From: Chiloscyllium plagiosum
Taxonomy: Eukaryota
Reading direction: 5' to 3'
Length of the DNA: 62,000 nt
NCBI RefSeq assembly: GCF_004010195.1
Contig: NC_057718.1
Location: forward strand, 35,606,235-35,668,234
The notes below the pieces were generated by a model, which was given only the letters and a program-made list of their open reading frames with translations, made no database searches and was not told the origin of the DNA. How positions within the stretch are numbered: position 1 is the first letter of the stretch; every line of letters begins with the position of its first letter. The translations under genes were made by a program, and so were the position numbers. Positions 13,411 to 26,360 of this stretch are shown piece after piece.

Positions 13411-13449
13411 CTCCCCCTTTTAAAAGTACCTTGAAATCCATTTCAGAAC

Positions 13450-13810
13450 GATGCCCTTTAATTACTAGCTTGGAGAAACACCCAAGTTAGCAGATGATAC
13501 AAAATTGGGATAGGGTGGTCAAAGAATAGAGAAGAGGCCAACCAAAATATGAAGAGAATAGATGCATTGGGAAAACAATGAGTGGCATGTGGTACTTAAT
13601 ATGCAACAAAACAAACTGTGTGGAATGAACTTCCAGTGAAATGGTAGATGCGGATAGAGTTACCATGTTTAAAAGACATTTGGACAGGTACACAAATAAG
13701 AAATATGTGAGGAACATGGGCTAAGGACAGGCAGGTGGGACTGGTTTAGTTTGATATTATTATTGGCATGGACTGGTTGGACCGGAGGGTCTGTTTCCGT
13801 GCTGTATGAT
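13450..13810 (+). mobile_element. CR1/HER1-like fragments ending in a HER1-type tail
   Basis: tttaaaagacatttggacaggtac...ggactggttggaccggagggtctgtttccgtgctgta. Confidence 0.7.
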
Positions 13811-14487
13811 AAAACTTGAGAAGTAATTAACAGTGGAATATAAACAGAACTGCTGCAAGCATTGTAACAGAAACAGCCCAGTTGAATTGGTGGACCCTAG
13901 CTGAATCACCAGCTCAGTGCTTATGCTACCAGGTTATGACCTTTTCAAACTGTATTTGAAATGAAGGCTATGCCATTATGGTACTTCACATGGATTCATT
14001 AAGAAATAAAATGTAACAAGGCATAGGTACAAAGATGGGTTAACTTTATTTTTGAAGTCTTTGACAAAGCATTTACTGATAAAAACAATAACAGCAGAGT
14101 ACTTGTATTAATTTCTTCCTTACAGAAGAAGCAACTTTTTCTTAACAAAAAAAAATTAGGTCCTTATTCACAACTGCCAAAGCAGGGCCTGCAGACAAAA
14201 ACAACTTAATTTCCAGCTCAAGGAAATGGAGTGCCGAACAGAAACCTGACACATCACACATATCTGCAAATCTGGTTTTATCCAAAACACCTGTGCTTAC
14301 ATTGTTCTGCATGGTATAACTGAAAAAAAGTTCAAAGCATAAATTGTGAGCATTTCTTAACTATCAAAGCAGAACCTGCCTTTATATCACAAAATTATTA
14401 AATAATTAGAAATAACAAAGATATCTGCAATGGGTTTAAACAAATATGGAATAACATTTGATTTCTTCTCCTGCAATATCTTGATTT

Positions 14488-14695
14488 GAAGGTGCTGGTG
14501 TTGGACTGGGGTGTACAAAGTTAAAAATCTCACAACATCAGTTTATAGCCCAACAGGTTGATTTGGAAGCACTAGCTTTCGGAGTGCTGCTCCTTCATCA
14601 TCCAACCACCTGATGAAGGAGCAGCGCTCCGAAAGCTAGTGCTTCCAAATCAACCTGTTGGGCTATAAACTGATGTTGTGAGATTTTTAACTTTG
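14488..14695. mobile_element. Fold-back PLE mini-insertion made of two inverted termini
   Basis: Arms 14516-14600 and 14611-14695 (85 bp, 1 mismatch) with a 10-nt loop. A hammerhead core starts at 14610. Confidence 0.85.
14610..14645 (+). ncRNA. Hammerhead ribozyme core (PLE type)
   Basis: CTGATGA-a-GGAGC(agc)GCTCC-GAAA-GC(tagt)GC-TT: both conserved boxes, stem II and a short stem III are present. Stem I is not clearly closed. Confidence 0.7.
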
Positions 14696-16524
14696 CAGTA
14701 GTATAAGCTTTTAACTAGAGGTGTGAGAATAGAATGATTGTGAGGGTTTATCTTTCTTTGGTTAGATTCTTTCAATTTTTTCCCCCACAATAACAATATT
14801 TATTGAGAATCCTCACCATACAGTTTCTTAAATCTTGTGTTTGCATAAGTGTCATTATTCAGGATGCTTCTGAGATAAAGAAGCATTCACTTTCATAAAA
14901 CGTCCATCTTAAATGCACAGCCTGCAGAATTTCCCCTAGGCACAATTGAGATATTATACACAATGTTATATCAACTTGACTGAAGTGAAATTGCATTCAA
15001 AGTTTCAGTGCAAACTAAGCATCGTAAAGCCATTTATAAAATAACTCCAGCAGTGTAATTGAAATGTAACTGGAAAAAAATCCAATGATGCCTTATGATG
15101 CTTGGGTGTGGGAGTATAAGGACAAACATTGCCTTCAGAGTGAAGCTGTAGACTACAAAGTAAGCAGCATTTACCCCTCTATCCTACAAGCCTTTAAGTC
15201 CCAAATTACTCTGTTTTAGAGTCTAAATTTTCTTTAATCTTTTCTTTCCACAGAAAATGGTACAGATACCAGGTCTGCCAACAACAGGGCCTCCAACTGT
15301 GCTCTCCATCCGAGGTCGAGGCAATTTACCAATGTTACAGGTTCTGGGCAGTGCTACTATCTCATTGTCATTCCCCCTATTGTGGAAATTTGTACTCCTT
15401 CAAGGAGACCATTCTAACCTTCTGGCTTTCATTTCAATGGTCAGATCACTAACTGTTGTTATCTTACATGACATGAGGTGAGGCATTTCAGAAGACAGAG
15501 TTGCCAGAGGGAATGGATGAATGGGATAGTGAGGTGGGGCAGCTGTAGAAAGCGATGTGTGAGGAGAAGAAATCCCTCTCTTCAACAGGCAGCTTATCCT
15601 GATAAAGCCTGCATTTGAGGACTGTCACAAATCCAGGGCTCCACATCAAAACTCCTTCCTGAGAGTACAGCATCACCTCACTCTCATGAAACCCTCAAGC
15701 ATCCAACTTTCATTAACCTGCCAACAGTGCAAACTGTGCCGAGTGTGCAACTCAGCAGTGGATTAGCTTCTCAACATTTGTCTTCAGTAATGGAGATGGG
15801 TAAAACTTGGAGGAGGTAAGGAATGCATTTATTGTCAGACACTGGCATACAAAGGCCAGAGGATTGGGTGGATCAGTGGCTACACAATTACAAGGAGTCA
15901 GCTGATGGAGCATCAAAAGGAATGGAGGACCCTGGATTCCATTCTGAGAATCTAGGTAACCTTGTCAGTTCGGTCTCAGTGTTTGTGTCATGACCAGTCA
16001 TAGCAAGATTGCACAGGCAATGCTACAGCTCCAGGAGGCCACCTGACACCTGACAGCTTCATTTGCAGCTGGATACAATCATAACTCTCATCTCTTTTCA
16101 GGGTCAAGGTTTATCTCTTCCAGTTTTGGGAGATAAATTGGAGGGCGGTATGGATTTTAGCATCTTTGTGATGCCTTTGAAGGATCAGATAACTATCTGT
16201 CTCACTGTCAGCCAGTCTGTAGGGTCTAAGTGCCTAACACTTCCATCTCCCATGCCAACACTGCTCTAGACAGTAGGCCAACAGTGGCAGACATGCTACT
16301 TGCTGAGCGTAGCAGTCCACATGAGACTGCACAGGATCTCAATCCTGGGTTACAGATCCCAGAATCCTTGTTCTAGGAGCAGATGGCTGTATCAGTTGAA
16401 GTATTAGCTCATTAGACCAACATCCATCCACACTCCAACCAACTACATCAAAGTTCAGCTTTTTTGCTGTCAACCCTTTGTCAAAACTCAATTCAGATTA
16501 AGAGTTGGTACTGATGTTTTAAGT

Positions 16525-17420
16525 CTAGATTAGAGTGGTGCTGGAAAAGCACAGCATGTCAGGCAGCATCCGAGGAGCAGGAAAATCGTGTTTCTGGCAA
16601 AAGCCCTTCATCAGGAATGAGGCAGGGAGCCTCCGAGGTGGAGAGATAAATGGGAGGGGGGTGGNNNNNNNNNNNNTAGGTGTATGGAGATGGGGAGAAG
16701 GTGATAGGTCAGAGAGGATGATGGAGTGGATAGGTGGGAAGATTGGCAGATAGGACAGGTCATGAGGATGGTGCTGAGCTGGCAGGTTGGAAATGGGGGC
16801 AGGGGAAATGAGGAAACTGGTGAAGTCCACATTGATGCCCTAGGGTTGAAGTGTTCCGAGGGAGAAGATGAGGTGCTCTTCCTCCAGGCGTCTGGTGGTG
16901 AGGAGTTGGCGGTGGAGGAGGCCCAGGACCTGCATGTCCTCGGCAGAGTGGGAGGGGGAGTTTAAATGTTCAGCCACGGAGCAATGGGGTTGATTGGTGC
17001 AGGTGTCCCGAGATGTTCCCTAAAGCACTCTGTGAGAAGGTGTCCAGTCTCCCCAATGTAAAGGAGACCGCATCGGGAGCAACGGATACAATAAATGATA
17101 TTGGTGGATGTGCAGGTGAAACTTTGATGGACATGGAAGGCTTCTTTGGGGCCTTGGATGGAGATGAGGGGAGGAGGTGTGGGTGCAAGTTTTGTAATTC
17201 CTGCGGTGGCAGGGGAAGGTGCCAGGAGGGGAGGGTGGGTTGTTGGGGAGCATGGACTTGACCAGGTAGTCACGAAGGGGACAGTCTGCGGAAGGCGTAA
17301 AGGGGTGGGGAGGGAAATATATCCCTGGTGGTGGGGTCCATTTGTAGGTGGCGGAAATGTTGGCGGATGATCTGGTTTATGCAGAGGTTGGTAGGGTGGA
17401 AGGTGAGGACCGGGGAGTTC
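16525..17420 (-). mobile_element. Penelope-like element 3' half (Neptune-like) with GIY-YIG endonuclease remnant and hammerhead terminus
   Basis: GTFPCHRRNYKTC linker, then FTCTSTNIIYCIRCSRCGLLYIGETG...FREHL (frameshifted). Hammerhead core at 16591-16614 (CTGATGA-agggcttttgcca-GAAA). Confidence 0.9.
16665..16676. other. Assembly gap (12 N)
   Basis: Run of n inside the G-rich PLE 3' region. Confidence 0.99.
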
Positions 17421-19009
17421 TGAAATCTGCCAATTTTAAAATCCCAACCACTTTAAATATTCCCTTCAAAATGCTGTGAATCAGAGTATCTGAAGCTTGT
17501 CAGCATTCCATTAAATGTGCTTAACAATGTTCATGTACCTTTTGGCCAGCTCAAGTTATTGAGCAAACATTGTACTTAACTGCATCCTCACACTCCTCCT
17601 CTATTATGGCAGGCATACACAATGCTTTGCTATGAATCAAATGTTTTGCTCTGATTCTGTAATACAAGAATGTGAAGATAACTTTCAAATACTGACCCTT
17701 CTTCTGCCCAGCACCAAATACAGTTAAAGAACCAATTTTACTGAAAATATATTTTGTGTACTAACAAACATAGCCCTGCAATGCTATTAGTAGTGAAATC
17801 ATTCAACTACAGTAGCATTTTCAAATGATTAGAAAATAAAACTACTGTGAAATTTTGCCACATAGGGCATAATATTAATGCCTGTGGGCCAGGCACCATC
17901 TAGAAGTGGGAATTGCTCATGTGAAATTTGGAAGCAAAGTGAGTTTAAGATCTCAACTTGTTTTTGCCAGTTACCTAATTAGATTTCTCCTTCCTGGTTT
18001 TCTAACTCCAAGTTGCACAGTTAGAATGCACAATCACATAATGTGACATTAGGTAAAGACAAAAAACTTGAAGATACAGCAAGTTTTGAAAAGTGGTGGT
18101 GAGAGACAGGTTATGAAAAAGTCATGATCAGTATGACCAGGAGCCATACTTAATTATGTTTCTCCTGATTAACTGTTGGTTGGAGCTAGTAGTTAGGAGA
18201 TAATTGTCCCCAGGAACAGGAAGAAGGAACTGGCTGCTTCATCAAGACAGAGTAAATGGAAGTGTCTGAGGAGATGAAAAGTGAGACACTGTGTCCAAAT
18301 CATGGATGAAGTACAGGAAGTGGGTTATTGATTTAATCAAATCAGATAAAGTAAATTTCGGCATTACTTGTACTCCATGGTGCATAACTCACCAGTATCC
18401 ACCAAGTATGCCTTGCTAAGTAACATACTCTTACATCCATCTACATACCACTCATCATTCACTTTGTAAGCACCTGTTCAGCTTCCCATTTATCTATCTA
18501 GAGCTGCCAGTGATGTATTCTGTCTGTACAATGACTGCACTGCAATCATTATTTGAATATGTGACCTTCATTCAAAGAGAGTATAAAACAGGAAGGAGAG
18601 GATCAGAGGTTGTTTGTCACAGCATATGCAGCTGACTGAAGTACCTCAGCATCCTTGTTTTGCAGATGTCAGGTGCTAGAAATATTACCTTTGACTCACA
18701 TGTGACTTTACTCCAACAGTAGCTAAATTATGAGGAGCCTGAGTGATTTCCAAGCTTTTGCAGAACAACAAAAGTCTGATGGCAATTTTTCATGGATCTT
18801 CATCCGTTCTAATGGTGCACCATCACGGTGTAAATGTTGTTGCTTCAGTGTGTCATGAACTGGTGATTCTCAATTCATAAGTGAGCATGAGCAGAGACTG
18901 TTGACAGGAACATCTGTCGAAGATCCAAGTTCGACAAAGCTGGAGTCTGAATTCTGGGGTCATTACTGATAAGTAGAAAGACAAAAATGTAACAGTAACT
19001 TGGCAATAA

Positions 19010-19555
19010 ACATAGGGGCATAGAGTACAAGAGCACGGAAGTTATGGTACACTTATAAAAGATACTAGTTAGACCTCAGCTGGAATACTGTTTACAGTGC
19101 TGGGTGCCCTATCATAGGGAGGATATGAATACAATGGAAAGAGTGCATCAGGGGTTGATGTGAATGGATCCAGAGATGAGAAAGGTAAAAGGAAATTTGA
19201 TAGAAGTTTTCCAATCATGTGTGGTCTGGACAATGAATGGGGAAAAACTTGTCTCCGCTCTCTCAGACTGGGAACTAAAAGACAGTTGTAAATTTTTGCA
19301 AGAGAAGCAAAAGTAAGGTGAGAAAAAAACATTACAAACAGTGAGTAGTTAATGTCTGGAACATACTTCACAGAATGGTGGTGCAGGCAGATTCAGTTGA
19401 GGCATTTGAGAGGGCATTTTGTTATTTAACTAGTCATCCAATGTGCAAAGTTGTAGCAAAATGCAGGTGATTGCCACCAAGTTAAAATGCTCAAAGAGCT
19501 GGTGCAGACTTACGGGCTGAATGGCCTCCTTCTGCAACTTATCTGCAATTCTGTG
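19010..19555 (+). mobile_element. Decayed CR1/HER1-like 3' fragment
   Basis: cttataaaagatactagttagacctcagctggaatactg (LYK.LVRPQLEYC-like) and the tail gggctgaatggcctccttctg. Confidence 0.8.
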
Positions 19556-21039
19556 AATGGCAATAAGAACATGACAGCATTGCTAAAGTAGGTTATTGTC
19601 AGAATGTCTGGCACAGAGTAAGTGATTCTTTCTGGAACATCAAGTAAAGTTCACAAATGACCATGAAAGACATCAGCTGAAATGGCCATGAGACACATGT
19701 GCCACCCTTAAAACAATCATAGATATCTTACTTTTGCTCTTGCAACACAGCACAGAACGTCACAGAGTACTCTTTAACTGAGTGGTAAAAGTGATGTAAT
19801 CCTAACCCAGGATAGGGATGATGGTATAAAGGACACAGAAGTGGGAACTCAATTCCAAGCTCTTCCACTCCTCACCTGCTGTCCCCACATCTGCCAGGAG
19901 GCCAAGCTATCGCAGCATAGGTATAGGTGGTACAGTCATTAGTTCCAAGACCAGACAGCATAAACCAAAGGCATCTCAGCTGTCAGACAGGGATCTGAGC
20001 AATCTGCTTCTACCTCTGCAGAAGCCACAAATTGATGCCAAGTTGTAGTGACAGTAATTGTAAGAGAAAACTTTAGTAATAAGCTTCCTTTTCTACAACA
20101 GCACATAAAACTGAAAGATTGGCATCATCTTCACAGCGTGTATTCTCTGTGCCAAACTGTCCTTTCAGTTGTTTCATGATCAATGGCAATACATCACAGG
20201 ATCTATCTATGCAATGGAAGTATACTTGGTTGACAGATTGTATCATTCAAAGGGTAGAAGCTACATTTATCAAAGTGAGCAGAAGAACGTAATTGTTTTC
20301 CCTCATGTACGTCAAACGTTGAACCTTCAACTCATAAAGGCAACCCACACATTAATGTATATAACTGGAGTGGTAAAGGATCGACCATCTTCATAGCTCT
20401 AGTTTCTATCCCTTGTTCATTGACTCTCATTGTAACACTTAGATACCTCACTGGTGGGACTACTCACAGGACAAGCTTGAAAGGGCAAATAAAATTAATC
20501 AATAGAATGAAAGTGATTGGGTTGATTTATTGTCCTGGATTGACATATTTGTTCAATCGCTGGCAACCTGTACCAAGACAGACCAGAGATGCAAATCTGA
20601 TTGCCTGCTTATATTGGTTATTGCTGGTACAGGGGATGTTGATGCAGGTCAGCACCCTGTTACATAACTCATTCACTGCCACCCATATTCAACTACATGC
20701 AGCTATAATGAACCAGAGACAAAGGAACTGAAGACAGTGAAATTTTCACAGTAACTGACCATTTCTAGCCAGCACTACTCTTCAGTTACATCAAGGAAGC
20801 CAAGTCTGTGTCTGTAGGTCCTCTCAAGTGACTTGAGTGGTTTCTCTAGAACTGATTACTTTCCTTTCTTTGTGTTCCAAGGCCATGATTTGTGCTGATG
20901 ACATCACAGAACAAGCATGCTTTTTTGGATATGGTTGTCTTCCTTGTCCATTTGAAACCATCCAAAGGTTAGCCCTCTACCTGATGTCCATTTGGAAACC
21001 ACCTACTTCTACAATCACAAGAACAGTCTTCAAAACAAT

Positions 21040-21450
21040 CCCCACGGGGAATTTGGTAACTGTAAACATAATCACTTCATAAAATGTTTACGCTCTCAGT
21101 ACTCATGCTATCTAGAAGAGGCAATGCAACAACTAACCGAAGGCCCTCAGCCAGCACCTTACAAACTGGAGGCCCTCTACAACCTAGAATGAGAAGGGCA
21201 GTTAAAATATGGGGACATCACTCCCTGTAAGCCACATATCATGCTGACTTGGAACTGTATCACTGCTCCTTCACTGTTGCAGGGTGGTCAAAATACTGGA
21301 ATTCCCTCAATAACAACCTTGCGAATGTACTCATCCACCACGGACTACAAGGTAGCAGCTCATCAACACCTTTTCCAGGGCAATTAGGGATTGGCAATAA
21401 ATACTGGCCTCACCAATGATACTCACAACTCATGAACTAATGAAAAAAAG
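21040..21450 (+). mobile_element. Family B LINE 3' end
   Basis: Reverse-complement similarity to 1035-1400. Confidence 0.7.
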
Positions 21451-21638
21451 GCAATCAAAACTTTACCCCCACCCCCACCACTATGAAACGTTGCTCAGGC
21501 TTAACCCTATCCTACTTAGAAAATTTCCCTAACATCAGAAACCTGTGCTGGAAGCTAAATGTGGAAATGATGGGTGAAGTGGTATGTGAGAACTTCACTA
21601 AGAAAATGCACCTATCTACAAATCGAGAACTTACTTAC

Positions 21639-21719
21639 CCAGGGCCAGCCTAATATGAAATCACCATCAAAATAAATGGAATCCATAGGAATTGTTTTCC
21701 TAACAGTCACATTCACAGA
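21639..21719 (-). CDS. Candidate internal exon, 81 nt, phase 0-0: SVNVTVRKTIPMDSIYFDGDFILGWPW
   Basis: Acceptor caccatctctctacctag, strong donor TGG|gtaagt, symmetric open frame, unique sequence. Confidence 0.5.
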
Positions 21720-23066
21720 CTAGGTAGAGAGATGGTGACTGCATGTAGGACTGTTCAAGATGCTTGTTCAAGATCATTGACTTTGATGTTAAAAAAAAAT
21801 TCATCAAATTTTAAGCTTAGACATTCAACCAAATTACTACTGTGTTTCCTTTTTACAGACATGATGCTAAGACAAAAACCAATGGATCACTTTCTTACCC
21901 TAAAGAAAGCTTTTTAGGATGGATTAAAGCTACAGAAATCTTCCTAATTTGACTGGCATGACCATGTTTCATCTGTTTTAAAAAATGTTCCTCTTCTCAT
22001 ACCGATGGAAGTTCACGAAATGTGATCATTTCAAAGAGGGCATTTTAAATTTCACTTGGCCATGCTCTATTCATATAAATGAGGAGAGGTGCAGTGTATG
22101 AAAGAGATCCCAGAGGTGGTTATCTGTAAACCTGTTCAGTATGTCAACTAGGGGTTCTTTGCAACTGTTTGAAGTTGTGCAGTAAACTTTTGAAAATTGT
22201 AAAGAGTCAACTAAATAAGGTAATTGAGCACGGTACCAGAAACTATAATGATGCATTGATGAGAGGATGGAAGGACTTTACCGGTCTTTTCCCAAACTCA
22301 CTTGATTCAGATTGGAAAAAAATATATAAAAACAAAAACAAAACCCAAAAGTCTTGTTTCAGGCAGGTGGGACAAGTTTAGTTTGAGATTATGATCAGCA
22401 ACTGGTTAGACCAAAGCATCTGTTTGCATGCTGTATGACTAAGTTTTACCTCATTTGTATTGTAAATGAAAATGGTGGTGTAGCTTTCTCCCATCAAATA
22501 AATTAAACATGCAAATAGGCACTAGTTAAGCATCATACAATTTAGGTCACCAATGAAGCACAGTCACATTGCTATGTGTTTGACACAGGATACATAAAAG
22601 AAAATAGTAAAAAATCTGGATTACTTTACAAATAAGGAAAATGAATGTACAGAGCCTAAAAATAGATTATCAAATTCTGTGAAAACATTCCTCATTCAAC
22701 AAACTGAAGCTCCTTCTGTAGCCTCACATGTTAATGTAAGGTGCTACAGATAAACATTTCACCATTTGTGAATTTTGCCTATTGATTTTTGACATAGGCA
22801 TGCTAACATAAGCATTGTCATGACTACAGCTCTAGCTGTATGCTCAGTAGTCTCTCATGTTTATGAATCGGCCAGGTACCAGTCATTAGCTGACAGTTTT
22901 CCAACATTTTGTCTAATTAGATGAATTGCCACTTATGCTATGAAGCAAAAATTGGTGTACTTCCTTGCCTCTGTGTACTGATCACCCAAATACCCAGCAG
23001 GGTGAGAGCAACTGAAAGTCTTGCTAGTGTAACAATGGACTGGATTTTATATTTCTTAGGTTGTTG

Positions 23067-23173
23067 TAGGAAATGGAATGCAATACCACCACCATCTCAA
23101 CTTGTTCAATCAAATGTCGCTTGGACAATTTATAGCTCTCTGTCCAGAAGACAGCCAATCCAATTAAAGGTCA
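23067..23173 (+). repeat. Perfect 107-bp direct repeat, copy 1
   Basis: Identical to 24480-24586. Confidence 0.95.
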
Positions 23174-24479
23174 AAATGGAAGCTCTATGTCCAATTGTGA
23201 CTCTAGGCCAGGATGTCATGTGGCAGAAGGGATACTGCAATAGCAGGGGAGCAAGTCAGTCAAAGCTTATTCTTCTGCATTTGTGCTGCCTGGTTATTGA
23301 TGCTGTAAATTTTGCAAAACATTTTCATGTTCAATGCCCAAAAAATGCAGCAGACAATGAAAAACTGCCTTACATAATTTCAGATACTGGAATGATATTG
23401 TTGTCTTCCATCCTTTAGTAATCAGTCTATTTTACGCATGGAAGGATGCTGGATAATCCATTCAATCTGAGCCTGTAAAACAGGGGTTTTCCCTTCCTGA
23501 CACTAAACATATTTGGAAGTACCCTGTACACACAACTGCTAAACTTAATTTATTTTATCTCATAACTTGCAACAAATGATGTTGTACGAACTGTTTCTAT
23601 GTTCAGTCTTCGAGCACTGAATGAATTTTTCTGTTGGACTTCGCAGACAATATTTAAAGTTTAAATCTATGCTCCCAATATTTGTATGAAGCCTAAAAGT
23701 GCTGACATTATGAGGTTCTGGTTAACTGACTTTTCCACCAGTGAAGGGATAATATTAAGAAAAGCCCTTTTCGATGCTCAGGCCCACAAAATTCACAAAA
23801 GCTAGACAAACAAAAAGTATGAGCATGAATAGGTCTGGGTTGTCTGGGCAAACCATCCTGAGCCACAGATCACAGTTTGGGCATTCCTGATCTGTGTATG
23901 CACTGACAATTACATCTAAAAACAAGTTAACAAGGATATGAAATTACTGTGATACAGTTGTTTAACTGCCTAGCATAAAAATTAAATATTCAAGATAGCA
24001 ATATATTTGGTGTCACCACTGTTCTGATTGCACGAGAAAATAATATGTGGAACAATTTGCACATTTTTCTGCTTAGAGTGTGGCAAAACAACTTTGCCGT
24101 AAAAATGGAGACATTGATTTGCTAATGGACTTGACATCACACAACTGACAAAAATGCTATAAAGGCTTGAGCAGAAATCCACGTGATCTTCTGCTTCAAT
24201 TAATGCTCATTTCTTGAGAAGCTTCAGTCTGGCTCAATCCATTGATTTCATGTTTTCAGTCTGTACCGACACCGCCTTCTACAGTGCCAGACTGCTAGCA
24301 TTGATTAGGGGAAGTAAAAGTGCGTTGAAGAGATGGCATGACAACTGGGCAGCAAGGTCGCCTGGAAGCTCTCCTCATCTCAGAAGGTAATAGAAGTTTG
24401 CGAATCTTCCTATGTGAAGAGAACAAAAGACTCCTGGTTGGTTATACAGCAACACTCCAAACATCATCTCCCGCTATTA

Positions 24480-24586
24480 TAGGAAATGGAATGCAATACC
24501 ACCACCATCTCAACTTGTTCAATCAAATGTCGCTTGGACAATTTATAGCTCTCTGTCCAGAAGACAGCCAATCCAATTAAAGGTCA
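24480..24586 (+). repeat. Perfect 107-bp direct repeat, copy 2
   Basis: Identical to 23067-23173. Confidence 0.95.
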
Positions 24587-25312
24587 TCAATCTGACCTTG
24601 CTTTTTGACACTAAATGCAAGAAACTCTGAACTATAGAAGTTCAAATGCAAAAATAATTGGTAAATAGGTGTGGGTTAGACATGCATCTCTCACCTCTGT
24701 AGTCTGACTTTACATCCAGTCACAATTACTGGCTACATTGGCCAGTACCACTGGACTACTAATCCAGAGCACAGACCAATATTTTGAGGACACACATTTG
24801 AATTTCACCATAGCAAGACGCGTTCATCTGAGGCTAGAAATTGAGTGGAGTACGTGCAGATTTACACTGTTGACTGTGTAAAACCTAACCTCAATATGGA
24901 GACTTGGTATTTGAAATGAGAATGTTTCATGATCCAGCATGGGGATCTCACATCCTGATGAGCATGAAGTTCAAAAATCAAACTTCAGATGATTTAGAAG
25001 GAAGCTGTATGATATATTGCAAACCTTAAGAAGTAGAAAAATCTAGAAAAAGGGAACAATCCTATCTAAATAAAGTACTTTCCAAAGTTGTCCTCCCAAA
25101 CCAGAGCATATAGATGCGTTTTGAGCGACAGAGATGTTTTCAATCTTTACCACTCCTTAGGAGTTCAGTGACATAGGTTATATGAAGGTTCCATGACCAT
25201 ACTCAACTTCGATGACAGCTACTACATCAAACTACTCTGTGGCAGGATTGATTTAGGAAGACACTGCCTTGATATAAAGCTTTTATAAATTTTGTACAAT
25301 TCCTAAGGTTTT

Positions 25313-25949
25313 ACTTAGTACCCTGGAAAAGTTATGTTGAAAACATGAAAAATAATAAATTTGTTTGCATGTACCTCTCCAATGCGGCTACTATTTTACA
25401 GCTTTGCTTTAGCTAATATTTTACTGCATTACTGAAGTATTGACTAGAAGGAATTTACCTAAACAGCTATAATAGTCAAACACCACCATAGCTCGGGTAA
25501 AAATCAGCACATGGTATGCATTAAAGCTGTACGGACCAGGGTTTATTTTGTTTGATTTTAAGTCAAATCTAAACAGGAACTGCTATTTACCTTGGTCTTC
25601 TTGGACAAGGAAAGGAGCAGGCGAGGTGATGGTGGGACAGGGGTTGTGGGGAGTGCGTCAGTGGAGGTTATTCTACCTTCATATTCTCGTGTTACCCATT
25701 GATATTAGTGGAGAATAAGACTGAATTCGCTTTGAATGCTCACAATGATTTAGCACGGTGTCAAGGCCAAACAATGACCACATGGGCAAAATGTTGAAGT
25801 GCTGCAGTATCTTCAACAGCTAACACTTCAATAATGCAGTAAAATATTAGCTAAAGCAAAGCTGTAAAATTATAGTTACATTGGAGAGGTAAATCCTAAC
25901 AAATTTATTATTTTTCATGTTTTAAGTATATCTTTTCCAGATACTAAGT
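25313..25949. repeat. Long imperfect inverted repeat (arms ~25313-25445 and ~25820-25949); possible old MITE/foldback element
   Basis: Perfect blocks: 25393-25431 vs 25832-25870 (39 bp) and 25340-25365 vs 25898-25923 (26 bp). Confidence 0.9.
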
Positions 25950-26149
25950 GCAAAAAAAACAGTCAATGCTACCAAACCAATAAAAAGGTAGATGTTTAAG
26001 TTGGGGTCAATAGTCTACAACACTGACCAGTACAACATTAGTTCTGAGCATCTGGTACTGCAAAAATTAAACAAGGTGCACTTTTTGTATAGTATATGCA
26101 TATGCCATATATGTATTTATGTGGCATTGTTAATTGGACAGTTTCACAG

Positions 26150-26360
26150 AAGGATTATTTGACAAAATTTGACATCAGGTTCCATAAAATTAGATTAGGA
26201 CAGATAATCAAAAGCTTGGTCAAAAATTTAAATTTGAAGACATGATATGAAAGATAGTGAAGGATTTCCAGCTTTTAGAGTCTCTGCAACTGACAGCATG
26301 GTGCAGCTCAAGAAAAAGAGTGTTGCAAGAGGTCAGAATTGGAGGCATGTAGAGATCTCA
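26150..26360 (-). mobile_element. Decayed L2-like LINE 3' fragment
   Basis: aaaatttgac...aaaagcttggtcaaa motif shared with 30185-30345 and 50060-50350. Confidence 0.5.

Noticed and set aside
15200..16400. Possible decayed PIF/Harbinger-like sequence (also 17900-21000 and 31300-32150) and a strong plus-strand acceptor at ~15254
   Set aside because: Only vague resemblance; I could not read a continuous transposase motif or termini.
21639..21719. SIYFDGDFILG as a class C GPCR N-terminus or a glycosyltransferase DxD motif
   Set aside because: It lacks the following GLF of class C GPCRs and the similarity is too short to assign.
22921..23418. 165-aa ORF
   Set aside because: No recognisable motif, it runs through the 107-bp duplication, and it has no splice signals; likely chance.
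24955..24980. ctgatgagcatgaagttcaaaa as a hammerhead
   Set aside because: No GAAA, weak stem II and no PLE terminal context.
24820..25280. Possible RTE-like LINE 3' remnant
   Set aside because: Too decayed to translate a supporting motif.
25590..25720. Minus-strand exon inside the inverted repeat (donor AAG|gtaaat)
   Set aside because: All three frames from the nearest plausible acceptor contain stops.
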